NCBI GenBank assembly: GCA_036732165.1
Contig: DAINCX010000002.1
Span: 8,462 to 72,461 of the forward strand
DNA from: Candidatus Dormiibacterota bacterium
Lineage (GTDB): Bacteria; Chloroflexota; Dormibacteria; CF-121
DNA length: 64,000 nt
Direction: 5' to 3'
Under the pieces are notes generated by a model that made no database searches, was not told where the DNA came from, and saw only the letters and a list, made by a program, of their open reading frames with translations. Shown here in pieces: positions 32,820 to 44,662 of the stretch; the stretch's first letter is position 1; each line of letters begins with the position of its first letter. Position numbers and translations under genes: made by a program.

Positions 32820-32823
32820 ATCG

Positions 32824-35519
<2,696 letters not shown>

Positions 35520-35622
35520 CTACCGCCTCGTGGCTCGCCGCGCGAGTCGAATTTTTGACGAGTCTGCGGCCGGCCACTCGGTCCCGCACCCAGCCTGCGT
35601 TCCAATTTCGTAAGGTCTCAGC

Positions 35623-37464
35623 ATGTATCCGTACGGACTGATCGGCAATTGCGAAACCTCCGCGCTGGTCTCGATGGGTGGCGGCATCGACTGGTTCTGC
35701 TATCCGCGCTTCGACTCGCCATCGATCTTTGCCGCCATCCTGGACCGCCAGCGCGGGGGCACCTTCCGCATCGCGCCGGTGAACCCGGTCCCGGCCGGCG
35801 AGCAAAGCTACGTGCGCGACACCAACCTGCTCACGACCACGTTTCATCGCGCCGACGGCACCCTGATCATCACCGACTTCATGCCCTGCTTCGTCGAGGG
35901 CGAGCGCCTGGTCTCGCTCAAGCGCATCTGTCGCGGCGTCGAAGTTCGCGGGGGCCCGGTCGAGGTCGAGTGCGTGCTCGACCCCTCACCCGGCTATGGT
36001 CGCGCGCGGACCACCTTCACCGAGCGGGAGGGCATCGTGCTGGCCTCGGGCGGATCCCAGGAAGTGATCCTGTCGTCGACGATACCCATGCAGGGAACCG
36101 TCGAGGATGTCGATGGCCGGCCGCGCTTCGTCTTTCGCTTCACCCTGCAACCAGGTCCCCAGGTCTGGTTCACGCTCGGCTTTGGCGAACGCTATTTCGC
36201 GCTCGGCCGGAAGTTCCCGAGCAGCAGCGACGCGACGGAGCTCGCCGAGCGGACCAAGGAGTACTGGATCCGGTGGCTCGACCAATGCCTGTACACCGGC
36301 CCGTTCCAGGAGGCCGTTCGGCGGTCCGCCCTGGTCATCAAGTTACTCACCTACGCGCCGACCGGCGCGCTGACGGCGGCGCCGACCACCTCCCTCCCGG
36401 AGGATGCCGGCGGCGACCGGAACTGGGATTACCGGTTCTGCTGGCTTCGCGACGCCTCGTACGGCATCGCCGCCCTGTTCCGTGCCGGCTTTTCCCAGGA
36501 AGCCGCGGACTTCATCAACTGGATCCGCGACCGCGCCTATGACCACGACTTCGCGATGCAGATCGTGTACCGCGTCGACGGGGACCCGCGCCTCCCGGAG
36601 GAATACCTCGAGCATCTCGCCGGCTACGACGGGGCCCGTCCGGTCCGGATCGGGAATCGGGCCGCGGGGCAGCGGCAGCTCGACGTCTTCGGCGCCGTGA
36701 TCGACTGCATGGCGGTCTACCAGCGCAAGGGCGGCTTCATCTCGACCAAGCTCTGGCACGTGATCGAACGTTTCGCGGACGGCATCTGGGATCTGAGCCG
36801 CGAACCGGACAATGGCATCTGGGAGTTCCAGGGGGAGCGCAAGCACCACACGCATTCCAAGCTCTGGTGCTGGGTGGCCCTCGACCGCGCCATCACGCTC
36901 GCGCGGGGAACCGGCAATGTCGCCCACGTGGAGGCGTGGGAGCGGGCGGCGAATGACCTGCGGACCGAGATCGAAACGCGCGCCTGGAACCCGAAAATCG
37001 GCGCCTTCACCCAGGCCTACGACGACGAATGCCTCGATGCCGCGGTGCTGCAGATGCCGGTGCTCGGCTTCCTCCCCGCGACCGATCCCCGGATGCGCGC
37101 CACCATCGAAACCCTCAGCCAGCGACTCGTCAACGGCGCCTACGTCCGCCGCTACGACTGCAAGGACGACCAGGGCTACCTCAGCGCCGCCTTCCTGCTC
37201 TGCAGCTTCTGGTACGTCGATGGGCTGATCGGCCTCGACCGGCTGGATGCCGCCGAGCGCCAGCTCGAGGGACTGGTCGCGCTGTCATCACCCCTCGGCC
37301 TGCTGGCGGAGGGGGCCGACCCGCTGACCGGCGCGCCGCGTGGCAACTTTCCGCAGGCGTACAGTCATCTCGGCCTGATCGACAGCGCGGTGCGCCTCGA
37401 GCGCGCGCGGATGGCGGCCCAGGCCGATGCCCAGGACAAGGAACCGCGGCAAGCCACGGCCTGA
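35623..37464 (+). CDS. GH15-family glycoside hydrolase (glucoamylase/trehalase-like)
   Basis: MYPYGLIGNCETSALVSMGGGIDWFCYPRFDSPSIFAAIL...NWDYRFCWLRDASY...WEFQGERKHHTHSKLWCWVALDRA... Confidence 0.85.
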   Translation: MYPYGLIGNCETSALVSMGGGIDWFCYPRFDSPSIFAAILDRQRGGTFRIAPVNPVPAGEQSYVRDTNLLTTTFHRADGTLIITDFMPCFVEGERLVSLKRICRGVEVRGGPVEVECVLDPSPGYGRARTTFTEREGIVLASGGSQEVILSSTIPMQGTVEDVDGRPRFVFRFTLQPGPQVWFTLGFGERYFALGRKFPSSSDATELAERTKEYWIRWLDQCLYTGPFQEAVRRSALVIKLLTYAPTGALTAAPTTSLPEDAGGDRNWDYRFCWLRDASYGIAALFRAGFSQEAADFINWIRDRAYDHDFAMQIVYRVDGDPRLPEEYLEHLAGYDGARPVRIGNRAAGQRQLDVFGAVIDCMAVYQRKGGFISTKLWHVIERFADGIWDLSREPDNGIWEFQGERKHHTHSKLWCWVALDRAITLARGTGNVAHVEAWERAANDLRTEIETRAWNPKIGAFTQAYDDECLDAAVLQMPVLGFLPATDPRMRATIETLSQRLVNGAYVRRYDCKDDQGYLSAAFLLCSFWYVDGLIGLDRLDAAERQLEGLVALSSPLGLLAEGADPLTGAPRGNFPQAYSHLGLIDSAVRLERARMAAQADAQDKEPRQATA

Positions 37465-37484
37465 GTCGACGGCCGGCGGCCCGG

Positions 37485-38159
37485 TCAGTCGACGCTCGCG
37501 GCGACCGCGGACCCGCGAGCCTCGAGGATGACCAGCTTGGGCTCGTCGGCTGCCGGGCTGGAGGTCAGCTGCAGCTTTGGCTGCGGCGTGAGGTCGGTGG
37601 CCCCCATCTCTTTGGCAAATTTCTCCAGGCCCTCCAGGTTTTGCGCCAGCAACGTGAGGCCGGGCAACTTATAGGAGATGGGAACCACCAGTTTGGGCTC
37701 GATCTGGTTGACGATCTCCGTCGCCTCCGTCGCGTTGATATGGCTCCCGTCGCCAACCGGGACCAATAACACGTCGACCTTGCTCCCGATGGCATCGAGC
37801 TGGGCCTCGTCCAGCACGTGACCCAGATGACCGAGATGGCAGACGCGGAGGTCGTCGATCTCGATCACGTAAACGAAATTCTTGCCGCGCTCGGCACCCT
37901 TCTTCTGGTCGTGATAGGTCTGGATGCCATGCAGGGCGATGCCCTGGATCTCGAACTCGCCCGCCCCGGTGACGAGGTGGTAGTCGTTGCCCAGGCCCTG
38001 CATGCTGAAATGGGTCGGGTCCTCATGGGTGAGCACGACCACCTGCACGTTGAGCCGGACTGGCGAGAGGCCCAGCTTGGGATCGTAGGGATCGATCAGC
38101 ATGGCGGCCTCGCGCCCGCGCAGTCGAACCGAATTCAGGCCAAAGTACGTGATTTCCAC
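37485..38159 (-). CDS. MBL-fold metallo-hydrolase
   Basis: ...LTHEDPTHF... (HxHxDH-like), ...CHLGHLGH... Confidence 0.7.
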   Translation of the reverse strand: MEITYFGLNSVRLRGREAAMLIDPYDPKLGLSPVRLNVQVVVLTHEDPTHFSMQGLGNDYHLVTGAGEFEIQGIALHGIQTYHDQKKGAERGKNFVYVIEIDDLRVCHLGHLGHVLDEAQLDAIGSKVDVLLVPVGDGSHINATEATEIVNQIEPKLVVPISYKLPGLTLLAQNLEGLEKFAKEMGATDLTPQPKLQLTSSPAADEPKLVILEARGSAVAASVD

Positions 38160-38182
38160 GGCTTGATTCTAGCCGCGCCTCG

Positions 38183-39787
38183 TCACATGCGAGCCGGCGC
38201 GGAGACGCCCATCAAGCCGAGGGCATTCGCCAGGGTGATCCGCGCCGCGCGGGTCAGCTGCAGGCGGGCGGCGGTCAGCGGCGCATCGTCGGTGATGACG
38301 CGACAGTTCTTGTAAAAGCGGTGAACGCTGGCGGCCAGCTCGTCGGTATAGAAGGCAAGGCGATGGGGCTCGATCGCCTCCGCGGCCTCCCGGACGATGT
38401 CCGGCCAGCGGAGCATGATCCGGATCAGGTCGAGCTCCCACTCGGAGTCGAGGCGCACGAGCGGGGCGGTCCCACGGGTCGTCGCGGCGAGCGCGAGCAC
38501 ATTGGCAAGTCGCGCGTGCGCGTACTGGGCGTAGTAGACGGGGTTGTCGCTGGACTGTTGCTTCGCCAGGTCGACGTCGAACTCCATCTGCGCATCGGCC
38601 GAGCGAAGCAGGAAGAAGTACCGGACGGCGTCCGGGCCAACCTCGTCCAGCATTTCTTTCAGCGCGACGCCCACCCCGGCCCGCTTCGACATCCGGACCG
38701 TCTCCGCCCCGCGCTTGACCGAGACAAGCTGCACCAGCAGGACGGTCAGACGGGCGGGGTCGATCCCGAGTACGGCGAGCGCGTCCCGGAGGCGTCCGAC
38801 CTGGCCCTGGTGGTCGGCGCCCCACACGTCGACCACGCGGTCGAACCCCCGTTTTTCGAATTTGTCTCGGTGATAGAAGATGTCTGAGGCAAAGTACGTC
38901 GGATAGCCGTCTCGGCGAATCAAGACCTCGTCTTTGTCGGTCCCGGTGCGGAACCAGACGGCGCCGTCCTTCTCCACGACGCGGTCGAGCGCCACCAGCT
39001 TGCGCATGGTCTCCTGGTCCCAACCCGAGTAGAGACTGCTCTCGAGGAAGACCTGGTCATGGCGAATCCCCAGCCGCGTCAGATCGTCCCAGATGCTGGC
39101 CTGCACCCATTCCGCGCCAATCCCCGACAGGCCGGCCGGGTCCGACACGCCTCTCGCCCTGGCCACGACAGCAATGTCAGTCAGGTAGTCGCCGGCGTAG
39201 CCGCCCTCGGGCGCCTCCTGGCCGAGCAGTCGCGCGTGGACGGATTCTCCGAAGAGCCGCATCTGCTTGCCCTTGTCATTGATGTAGTACTCACGCTGCA
39301 CCGCGAACCCGGAGGCCTCGAGAATCCGAGCGGCCACGTCGCCCACGACCGCGCCCCGGCCGTGGCTGAACAGCAGGGGCCCGGTCGGGTTGGCGCTGAC
39401 GAACTCCACCTGCACCCGGACCCCGCCCCCGAGGTCGCTTCGCCCCCATCCATCGCCCGCGTCCACCACCGCATCGACCTGGGACTGAAGCCAGGCATTT
39501 TCGAGGGTGATGTTGATGAATCCGGGCGCGGCCACGTCGATCCGGGCGAAGGCCGGCGGCAGGACCATCGTCCCCGCCAGGTCCGTCGCGATCGCCTGGG
39601 GCGACCGTTTCAGGGTCCTGGCCAGCTTGAGCGGCAGCGTGACCGAGTAATCGCCGTGGGCTGGATTCTGGGTGCGCTCGACGATCACGGCAGGGAGCGC
39701 CGGCGGCGGATCGGGCCAGCCCTTGATCGACCCTACCGCGCGCCGCACGGCCTCATCGATGATCTGGGCCGGCGTGGCGACCGGCAT
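38183..39787 (-). CDS. argS: Arginine--tRNA ligase
   Basis: ...FVSANPTGPLLFSHGRGAVVGD... (HIGH-region analog), ...MSKRAGVGV... (KMSK). Confidence 0.95.
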   Translation of the reverse strand: MPVATPAQIIDEAVRRAVGSIKGWPDPPPALPAVIVERTQNPAHGDYSVTLPLKLARTLKRSPQAIATDLAGTMVLPPAFARIDVAAPGFINITLENAWLQSQVDAVVDAGDGWGRSDLGGGVRVQVEFVSANPTGPLLFSHGRGAVVGDVAARILEASGFAVQREYYINDKGKQMRLFGESVHARLLGQEAPEGGYAGDYLTDIAVVARARGVSDPAGLSGIGAEWVQASIWDDLTRLGIRHDQVFLESSLYSGWDQETMRKLVALDRVVEKDGAVWFRTGTDKDEVLIRRDGYPTYFASDIFYHRDKFEKRGFDRVVDVWGADHQGQVGRLRDALAVLGIDPARLTVLLVQLVSVKRGAETVRMSKRAGVGVALKEMLDEVGPDAVRYFFLLRSADAQMEFDVDLAKQQSSDNPVYYAQYAHARLANVLALAATTRGTAPLVRLDSEWELDLIRIMLRWPDIVREAAEAIEPHRLAFYTDELAASVHRFYKNCRVITDDAPLTAARLQLTRAARITLANALGLMGVSAPARM

Positions 39788-39798
39788 GGCCGCCTCGG

Positions 39799-40977
39799 TC
39801 AGGGGTGCGTTCCGAGCGTGACCTGCAACGCCTGGTTGCGACCGCCGCGGTACACCGCCATCGACACCTTCGCGCCCGGAGCATATTGCCGCAACACGTC
39901 CTTGAGCGGATGATCATCGTCGATCGCCTGGTCGTTGACTTTGACGATCACGTCGTGGACACGAAGGCCAGCATGCCCCGCCGGCGAGCCCGTCTGGACG
40001 GCGGTCACCAGGGCGCCGACGACGAGAGCGCTGGCGGCGGCCGCCGTTTCATCCAGTTGCTGGTAGCTCACGCCGAGAAACGGCTGGTTGACATGGCCGG
40101 TCTGGATCAGCTGGTTGGCGATGTCCCGCGCGGCATCACCGTCGAGCGCGAACCCGAGACCCGGTCCGGATTGCGCCTGCTCGATGGCAAAGTTGACGCC
40201 GACCACCTGGCCGCCGGAGTTGAGCAGCGGCCCGCCACTGTTCCCCGGGTTGATCGAGGCGTCCGTCTGGATGGCATTGAGGATGTCTTCCGTCGCCCCG
40301 GGGTTGGCCGGGTCCGGCACCTGCAGCGAACGGTGGAGTGCGCTGATCACGCCCTTGGTGACACTGTTCGACTGGCCGAGGGGGCTTCCGATCGCGATCG
40401 CGAGCTGCCCCACCTTGATCGCGTGGGAATCGCCGAAGGCGATCGTCGGAAGATCCTGCGCGTCGATCTTGATGACCGCGATATCGTCGAGCGGGCTGGT
40501 GCCCACGACCCGGGCATCGTAGGTCTTGCCCTGGTCGCGAAGAATAACCTGGAGTTGTTTGGCGTTCTCCACCACGTGATTGTTGGTCACGATGTAACCG
40601 TCCGCCCGCACGATGAAGCCCGACCCGATCCCCTTCTGTTCCTGCTGGATGAAGAGGTCCGGGGAGGAGATCGTCGTCTTGATCTCGACCACCGCCTTTC
40701 CGGCCTGGTCGGCGACGTTGATGACGGCGGATTCCTCCGTGAGATTGTTGGTCACCGGCGCCAGCGGAGCGAGGATGTTGCCGGTACTCGAGGTTTTCAC
40801 CAACCGGCTGGCGATGGCGATCGTCGCCGCTGACCCCGCGATGGCGCCCACGACGGCGCTGATCACGATGATGCTGAGGACGCCGCGTGGCCGCGGCGCC
40901 GGTGGCTTCGCCTGCGGCGGGACCGGTTGCGGTGCCGGATCAGCCCCGGGAGCGAGGTAATCGGGGTCGGTGGCCAT
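39799..40977 (-). CDS. HtrA/DegP-family trypsin-like serine protease with PDZ domain
   Basis: N-terminal TM segment; ...TNNHVV...DIAVIKI...GNSGGPLLNSGGQVVGVN... is the catalytic triad context; C-terminal PDZ domain. Confidence 0.85.
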   Translation of the reverse strand: MATDPDYLAPGADPAPQPVPPQAKPPAPRPRGVLSIIVISAVVGAIAGSAATIAIASRLVKTSSTGNILAPLAPVTNNLTEESAVINVADQAGKAVVEIKTTISSPDLFIQQEQKGIGSGFIVRADGYIVTNNHVVENAKQLQVILRDQGKTYDARVVGTSPLDDIAVIKIDAQDLPTIAFGDSHAIKVGQLAIAIGSPLGQSNSVTKGVISALHRSLQVPDPANPGATEDILNAIQTDASINPGNSGGPLLNSGGQVVGVNFAIEQAQSGPGLGFALDGDAARDIANQLIQTGHVNQPFLGVSYQQLDETAAAASALVVGALVTAVQTGSPAGHAGLRVHDVIVKVNDQAIDDDHPLKDVLRQYAPGAKVSMAVYRGGRNQALQVTLGTHP

Positions 40978-41004
40978 GAAGGGACCTCATTGTATCGCCG
41001 GTAT

Positions 41005-41496
41005 TCAGCGACCCGGCAGTGGCAGCCACGTGAGCACGAGCTGCTCGGTCCGTCGAAAGCCGGCCTCCTCGTACAGCCGGACGGCCTGCGGGTTGCTTTC
41101 GCGCGTCCACACACAGGCGAAGGTCACATTGCGCTCGCGAAACAACTCGACGGCCTGCCGGAGCAGCCGGCCGCCCAGGCCGCGCGACCGGTAGGTGGGC
41201 TCGACGTAGACTTCGGCGACCTCACCCTCGAGCCCGGTCCCAGGATCGAACAGGACGCACCAGCAGAGGCCCGCCAGCCGGCCGTCGACGCGGGCCGCCA
41301 GGATCACGTTCTCGCCCGTAAAGTGGGATGCGGGCGCGCGCTCCGCGTCGGCGTCGATCTGGTCGGCACTCAGCTGCGGGTGCTCGTAATGCCGCTGCTC
41401 CTCCAGCATCAGCTCTCGCAGAAATGGCCGCACCTCGCCATGCTGCGACGGGCTGAGCGCCTCGATCGTGAACTCGGCCGGCGCCTCCGCTATGAC
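41005..41496 (-). CDS. GNAT-family N-acetyltransferase (start unresolved)
   Basis: ...VYVEPTYRSRGLGGRLLRQAVELFRERNVTFACVWTRESNPQAVRLYEEAGFRR. The long ORF 41005-41961 overlaps the SPFH gene in another frame. Near the SPFH stop no ATG, GTG or TTG sits at the expected position; the candidates are an in-frame ATA at 41491-41493 and a GTG at 41431-41433. Confidence 0.6.
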   Translation of the reverse strand, partial: VIAEAPAEFTIEALSPSQHGEVRPFLRELMLEEQRHYEHPQLSADQIDADAERAPASHFTGENVILAARVDGRLAGLCWCVLFDPGTGLEGEVAEVYVEPTYRSRGLGGRLLRQAVELFRERNVTFACVWTRESNPQAVRLYEEAGFRRTEQLVLTWLPLPGR

Positions 41497-42413
41497 TTGC
41501 CGCCTGCCGGGGCCGCGTCGAGCACGCCGCGCAGCGCCTGAGCTGCGCCAAGGAGACCCGCGGTCTCCACCGGGACCACGATCTTGGTGTTCTCGCTCTC
41601 CGCAAACTTGGAGAGCGTGTCCAGCTGCAGGATGGAGACCAGCGTCGGATCCGGCGCGGCGTCCTTGATCGCCTTGTAGACGGTGGCGACGGCCTGGGCA
41701 CGACCCTCGGCCTCGAGGATGGTCGCCTGCCTGAGGCCCTCCGCCCGCAAGATGGCGGACTGCTTGTCGCCCTCCGCCGTCTTGATCTGGGCCTGCTTCT
41801 GCCCGTCCGCAATGTTGATCTGCGACTGCTGCTGCCCTTCGGACTTGAGGATGAAGGCGCGCTTCTCCTGGTCCGCCGTCTTCTGGAGTGCCAGGGCATT
41901 CAGAATCATCTGGGGCGGCGTGATATCGACGATCTCGATCCGGTTGATCCGAATGCCCCACTTGTCCGTCACGGATTCCATCTGCGACTGCAGCTGGGCG
42001 TTGATCCGCTCTCGCTGGCTCAGGGCATCGTCGAGACTCATGCCGCCGAAGATGGCGCGCAGCGTGGTGCGCGACAGCTGGTCGATGGCAATGAAGTAGT
42101 TGCTGACGCTGAAGAGGGCGAGCTTCGGGTCGACGACCTGGCTGAAGATGGTCGCATTCACGCTGACCGTGACGTTGTCGCGGGTGATCACCTCTTGCTT
42201 GTCCCCGGTCCGCGGGGTTTCTCGAATGTCAACCGTGGACATGGCGTCGACCAACGGGACCAGGAACGTCACGCCGGGCTGCCTGACCGAGTGGTATTCG
42301 CCGAGGCGCTTGACGATCCCGACATACCCCTGCTGGATGACGTTGACCGTCCGGGCCACGATCACCAGGACGAGCAGGACGAGGACGGCGCCGACGATCA
42401 GCGAAGCGTTCAT
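41490..42413 (-). CDS. SPFH/band-7 (stomatin/prohibitin-like) membrane protein
   Basis: N-terminal TM segment, then ...QQGYVGIVKRLGEYHSVRQPGVTFLVPLVDAMSTVDIRE... and a C-terminal coiled coil. Confidence 0.85.
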   Translation of the reverse strand: MNASLIVGAVLVLLVLVIVARTVNVIQQGYVGIVKRLGEYHSVRQPGVTFLVPLVDAMSTVDIRETPRTGDKQEVITRDNVTVSVNATIFSQVVDPKLALFSVSNYFIAIDQLSRTTLRAIFGGMSLDDALSQRERINAQLQSQMESVTDKWGIRINRIEIVDITPPQMILNALALQKTADQEKRAFILKSEGQQQSQINIADGQKQAQIKTAEGDKQSAILRAEGLRQATILEAEGRAQAVATVYKAIKDAAPDPTLVSILQLDTLSKFAESENTKIVVPVETAGLLGAAQALRGVLDAAPAGGKS

Positions 42414-42428
42414 GTTTCCCCCTTGTTC

Positions 42429-42887
42429 TCAGGCGGACGGTGTTGGCGTCGACGGCGCAACGCGAACGATCAGCGTGCTTCCCCGGAGTCCGGTGACGAC
42501 CACGGGCGTCTCGGCCGGCACGGCGCTCGCGTCTTCGGTGACCGCCGGCCAGAGTTCGCCCGCGATCTGGAGATGGCCAGGGCGGCTGGATCCGAGGATC
42601 GGCTCAGAAAGGACGCCCTGCTGTCCGATCATGCTCTCCGCGCCCGAGCGCAACGCGTGGCGACCGATGTGCAGCCGTTGTACCAGGAACGGCCGCGCCG
42701 TGGCGATGCCGAGAACCCCGACGACCCCGAGGACAATGGCCTGCACCAAGAGGTTGAAGCCAAGCAGGCTGGCCAGGGCGGCGCCGATGGCGCCGATGGT
42801 GATGAAGACGGCAAAGAAGGCGAGCGTCAGCACCTCGACGACCGCAAAGGCGATCGCCGTGATGACCCAAAACCAGAAGCCAGCCAC
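42429..42887 (-). CDS. NfeD-family small membrane protein (partner of the SPFH protein)
   Basis: The start was trimmed to the GTG at 42885-42887 (VAGFWFWVITAIAFAVVEVLTLAFF...); a C-terminal OB-fold beta domain follows. The upstream part of ORF 42429-43361 is antisense to the next plus-strand gene. Confidence 0.65.
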   Translation of the reverse strand: MAGFWFWVITAIAFAVVEVLTLAFFAVFITIGAIGAALASLLGFNLLVQAIVLGVVGVLGIATARPFLVQRLHIGRHALRSGAESMIGQQGVLSEPILGSSRPGHLQIAGELWPAVTEDASAVPAETPVVVTGLRGSTLIVRVAPSTPTPSA

Positions 42888-42950
42888 CGAAAAAGATTCT
42901 AGGCCTAGGGCAAGGTCGAATCCCCAGACTGGCGACGGTACGCTTGCTGG

Positions 42951-44189
42951 GTGCGAACCATCTCGTCCCGGTCCGCGCGCCGGCTGGCCATCGCCGCGCA
43001 GCGACTGACTTCCCCGCGTCCGCAACCGAACATCGAAACCATGCTGGACGTGATTCGTCATCTGGGCTGTCTCCAGCTCGATCCCATCAGTGCGGTTGCC
43101 CCCAGCCACCGCCTGGTCCTGTGGAGCCGGCTGGGCCAATACGACCGCGCCGACCTGGATCGGCTCCTCTGGCAGGACCATCGACTCTTCGAGTACTGGG
43201 CCCATGCCGCGTCCATCGTGCTGACCGAGGACTATCCGATTCACCGGGAGACCATGCGGCGCTACGGTCGTGGCGAGACGCCGTGGTCCCGACGAATCCA
43301 AACCTGGATCGGCTCGAATGCGGCCCTTCGAGCCCACGTCATTGGCGAGCTTCGCAGGCACGGGCCGCGACCGGCCCGAGCGTTGGAAGATCGGTCAACG
43401 CGGGCCTGGGCATCGAGCGGATGGACGGCGGGGCGAAACGTGGATCGGATGCTGGCCTTTCTCTGGCTGAAGGGGGATGTGATGGTCGCCAGCCGGCAGG
43501 GCGGCCATCGCTGGTGGGACCTGGCGCAGCGATGCTTGCCCGAGTGGACGCCACGGCAGCGAATGTCGCCGTCCGCCGTCGTCCGAACCGCAGCGCAGCG
43601 ATCACTGCGGGCCCTTGGGGTCGCCCGCGCCGACGACATTCAGAACCATTTCATTCGTGACCGCTATCCGGGACTCCCGCAGGTGCTCAGCCGCCTGGAG
43701 CGAGACGGCTCCCTCCTGCCGGTTGACATTCGGGACGATGGGGCGTCGTTGCCCGGTCCCTGGTATGTCCATGCCAAGGATCTGCCGCTGCTCGATCGCG
43801 TGGAAGCCGGAGACTGGCAACCGCGCACGACGCTCCTCTCCCCCTTCGACAACCTGATCTGCGACCGGTCGCGAACACGGCGGCTTTTCGATTTCGACTT
43901 CTCCCTCGAGATCTATCTCCCCGCGGCGCGGCGACGGTTCGGGTATTACGTGCTACCCGTGCTCCACGACGACCTCCTGGTGGGCCGGATCGATGTCGCG
44001 ATGAACCGCACCGAGCAGCGTCTCTCCCTGAACGCCGTGCATGTCGAGGACGACGGCAAGGCCCGGGGAGCCGGCCCGCAGGTCGCAACCGCAGTCGGCG
44101 AATTGGCGACATTTCTCGGAGCGCGGACCGTTGCCGTGCCCGGTCCGGTGCCCGGGGGCTGGAAGGCCGCTATCAAGAAAGCGTTCTAG
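42951..44189 (+). CDS. Winged-helix DNA glycosylase, YcaQ/AlkZ (DUF1006) family
   Basis: ...LQLDPISAVAPSHRLVLWSRLGQYDRADLDRLLWQDHRLFEYWAHAASIV... ...YYVLPVLHDDLLVGRIDVAMNR... Confidence 0.65.
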   Translation: MRTISSRSARRLAIAAQRLTSPRPQPNIETMLDVIRHLGCLQLDPISAVAPSHRLVLWSRLGQYDRADLDRLLWQDHRLFEYWAHAASIVLTEDYPIHRETMRRYGRGETPWSRRIQTWIGSNAALRAHVIGELRRHGPRPARALEDRSTRAWASSGWTAGRNVDRMLAFLWLKGDVMVASRQGGHRWWDLAQRCLPEWTPRQRMSPSAVVRTAAQRSLRALGVARADDIQNHFIRDRYPGLPQVLSRLERDGSLLPVDIRDDGASLPGPWYVHAKDLPLLDRVEAGDWQPRTTLLSPFDNLICDRSRTRRLFDFDFSLEIYLPAARRRFGYYVLPVLHDDLLVGRIDVAMNRTEQRLSLNAVHVEDDGKARGAGPQVATAVGELATFLGARTVAVPGPVPGGWKAAIKKAF

Positions 44190-44210
44190 TCAGGGTCGGT
44201 CAGCGGCCGG

Positions 44211-44489
44211 TCAGGCCGCCTGACGGCTCAAGTGGCCACGCGCGTGCCGCTCGACCGCCACCGGCACGATGCCGGCGCCCTGGATGACCTCCAGGACGCT
44301 GGTCAGCGTCGCCGCTTCGCGACCGTGGGGAAAGTCGATACCGATCACCGACATGCCCGCGTCGCACGCGGAGCATCGGGTGACGCCCACCGCCTCGGCC
44401 GGATCCCATGCCCGCTGGGCGCAGCCGCCACACGATCGGCAGATCAGATCGAAGAGCATCATCGGCACGGCGGTGCCGACAGGGCCCAT
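44211..44489 (-). CDS. Small CGGC-domain (Cys-rich, putative metal-binding) protein
   Basis: ATG at 44487-44489, preceded by GGAGGGG 6 nt upstream. MGPVGTAVPMMLFDLICRSCGGCAQRAWDPAEAVGVTRCSACDAG... Strong GC3 bias. It lies directly downstream of tRNA-Thr on the same strand. Confidence 0.55.
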   Translation of the reverse strand: MGPVGTAVPMMLFDLICRSCGGCAQRAWDPAEAVGVTRCSACDAGMSVIGIDFPHGREAATLTSVLEVIQGAGIVPVAVERHARGHLSRQAA

Positions 44490-44555
44490 GTTCCCCTCCA
44501 CGGAGATATAACGGCCGACCCGGAAACCACCTTGCGCCGCCACGGGAGAGCGAGA

Positions 44556-44631
44556 TGGAGCCGACGAGCGGATTTGAACCGCTGACCTGAGCATTACGAG
44601 GGCTCTGCTCTACCAACTGAGCTACGTCGGC
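44556..44631 (-). tRNA. tRNA-Thr (anticodon CGT), CCA encoded
   Basis: The minus-strand sequence GCCGACGTAGCTCAGTTGGTAGAGCAGAGCCCTCGTAATGCTCAGGTCAGCGGTTCAAATCCGCTCGTCGGCTCCA folds as a canonical cloverleaf with a 7-bp acceptor stem, a GTTCAAATC T-loop and a CT-CGT-AA anticodon loop. Confidence 0.9.
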
Positions 44632-44662
44632 TTGCCGGTTGAATAGTCTACCCGAGCAAATC

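Noticed and set aside
41497-41961. N-terminal 150 codons of ORF 41005-41961
   Set aside because: It overlaps the SPFH gene in another frame, has no homology, and is Arg/Gly/Pro-rich. Only the C-terminal GNAT domain is real.
42888-43361. Upstream extension of the NfeD ORF (42429-43361)
   Set aside because: It is antisense to the YcaQ-like gene on the plus strand and has a non-protein-like composition. The true start is the GTG at 42887, just before the first TM helix.
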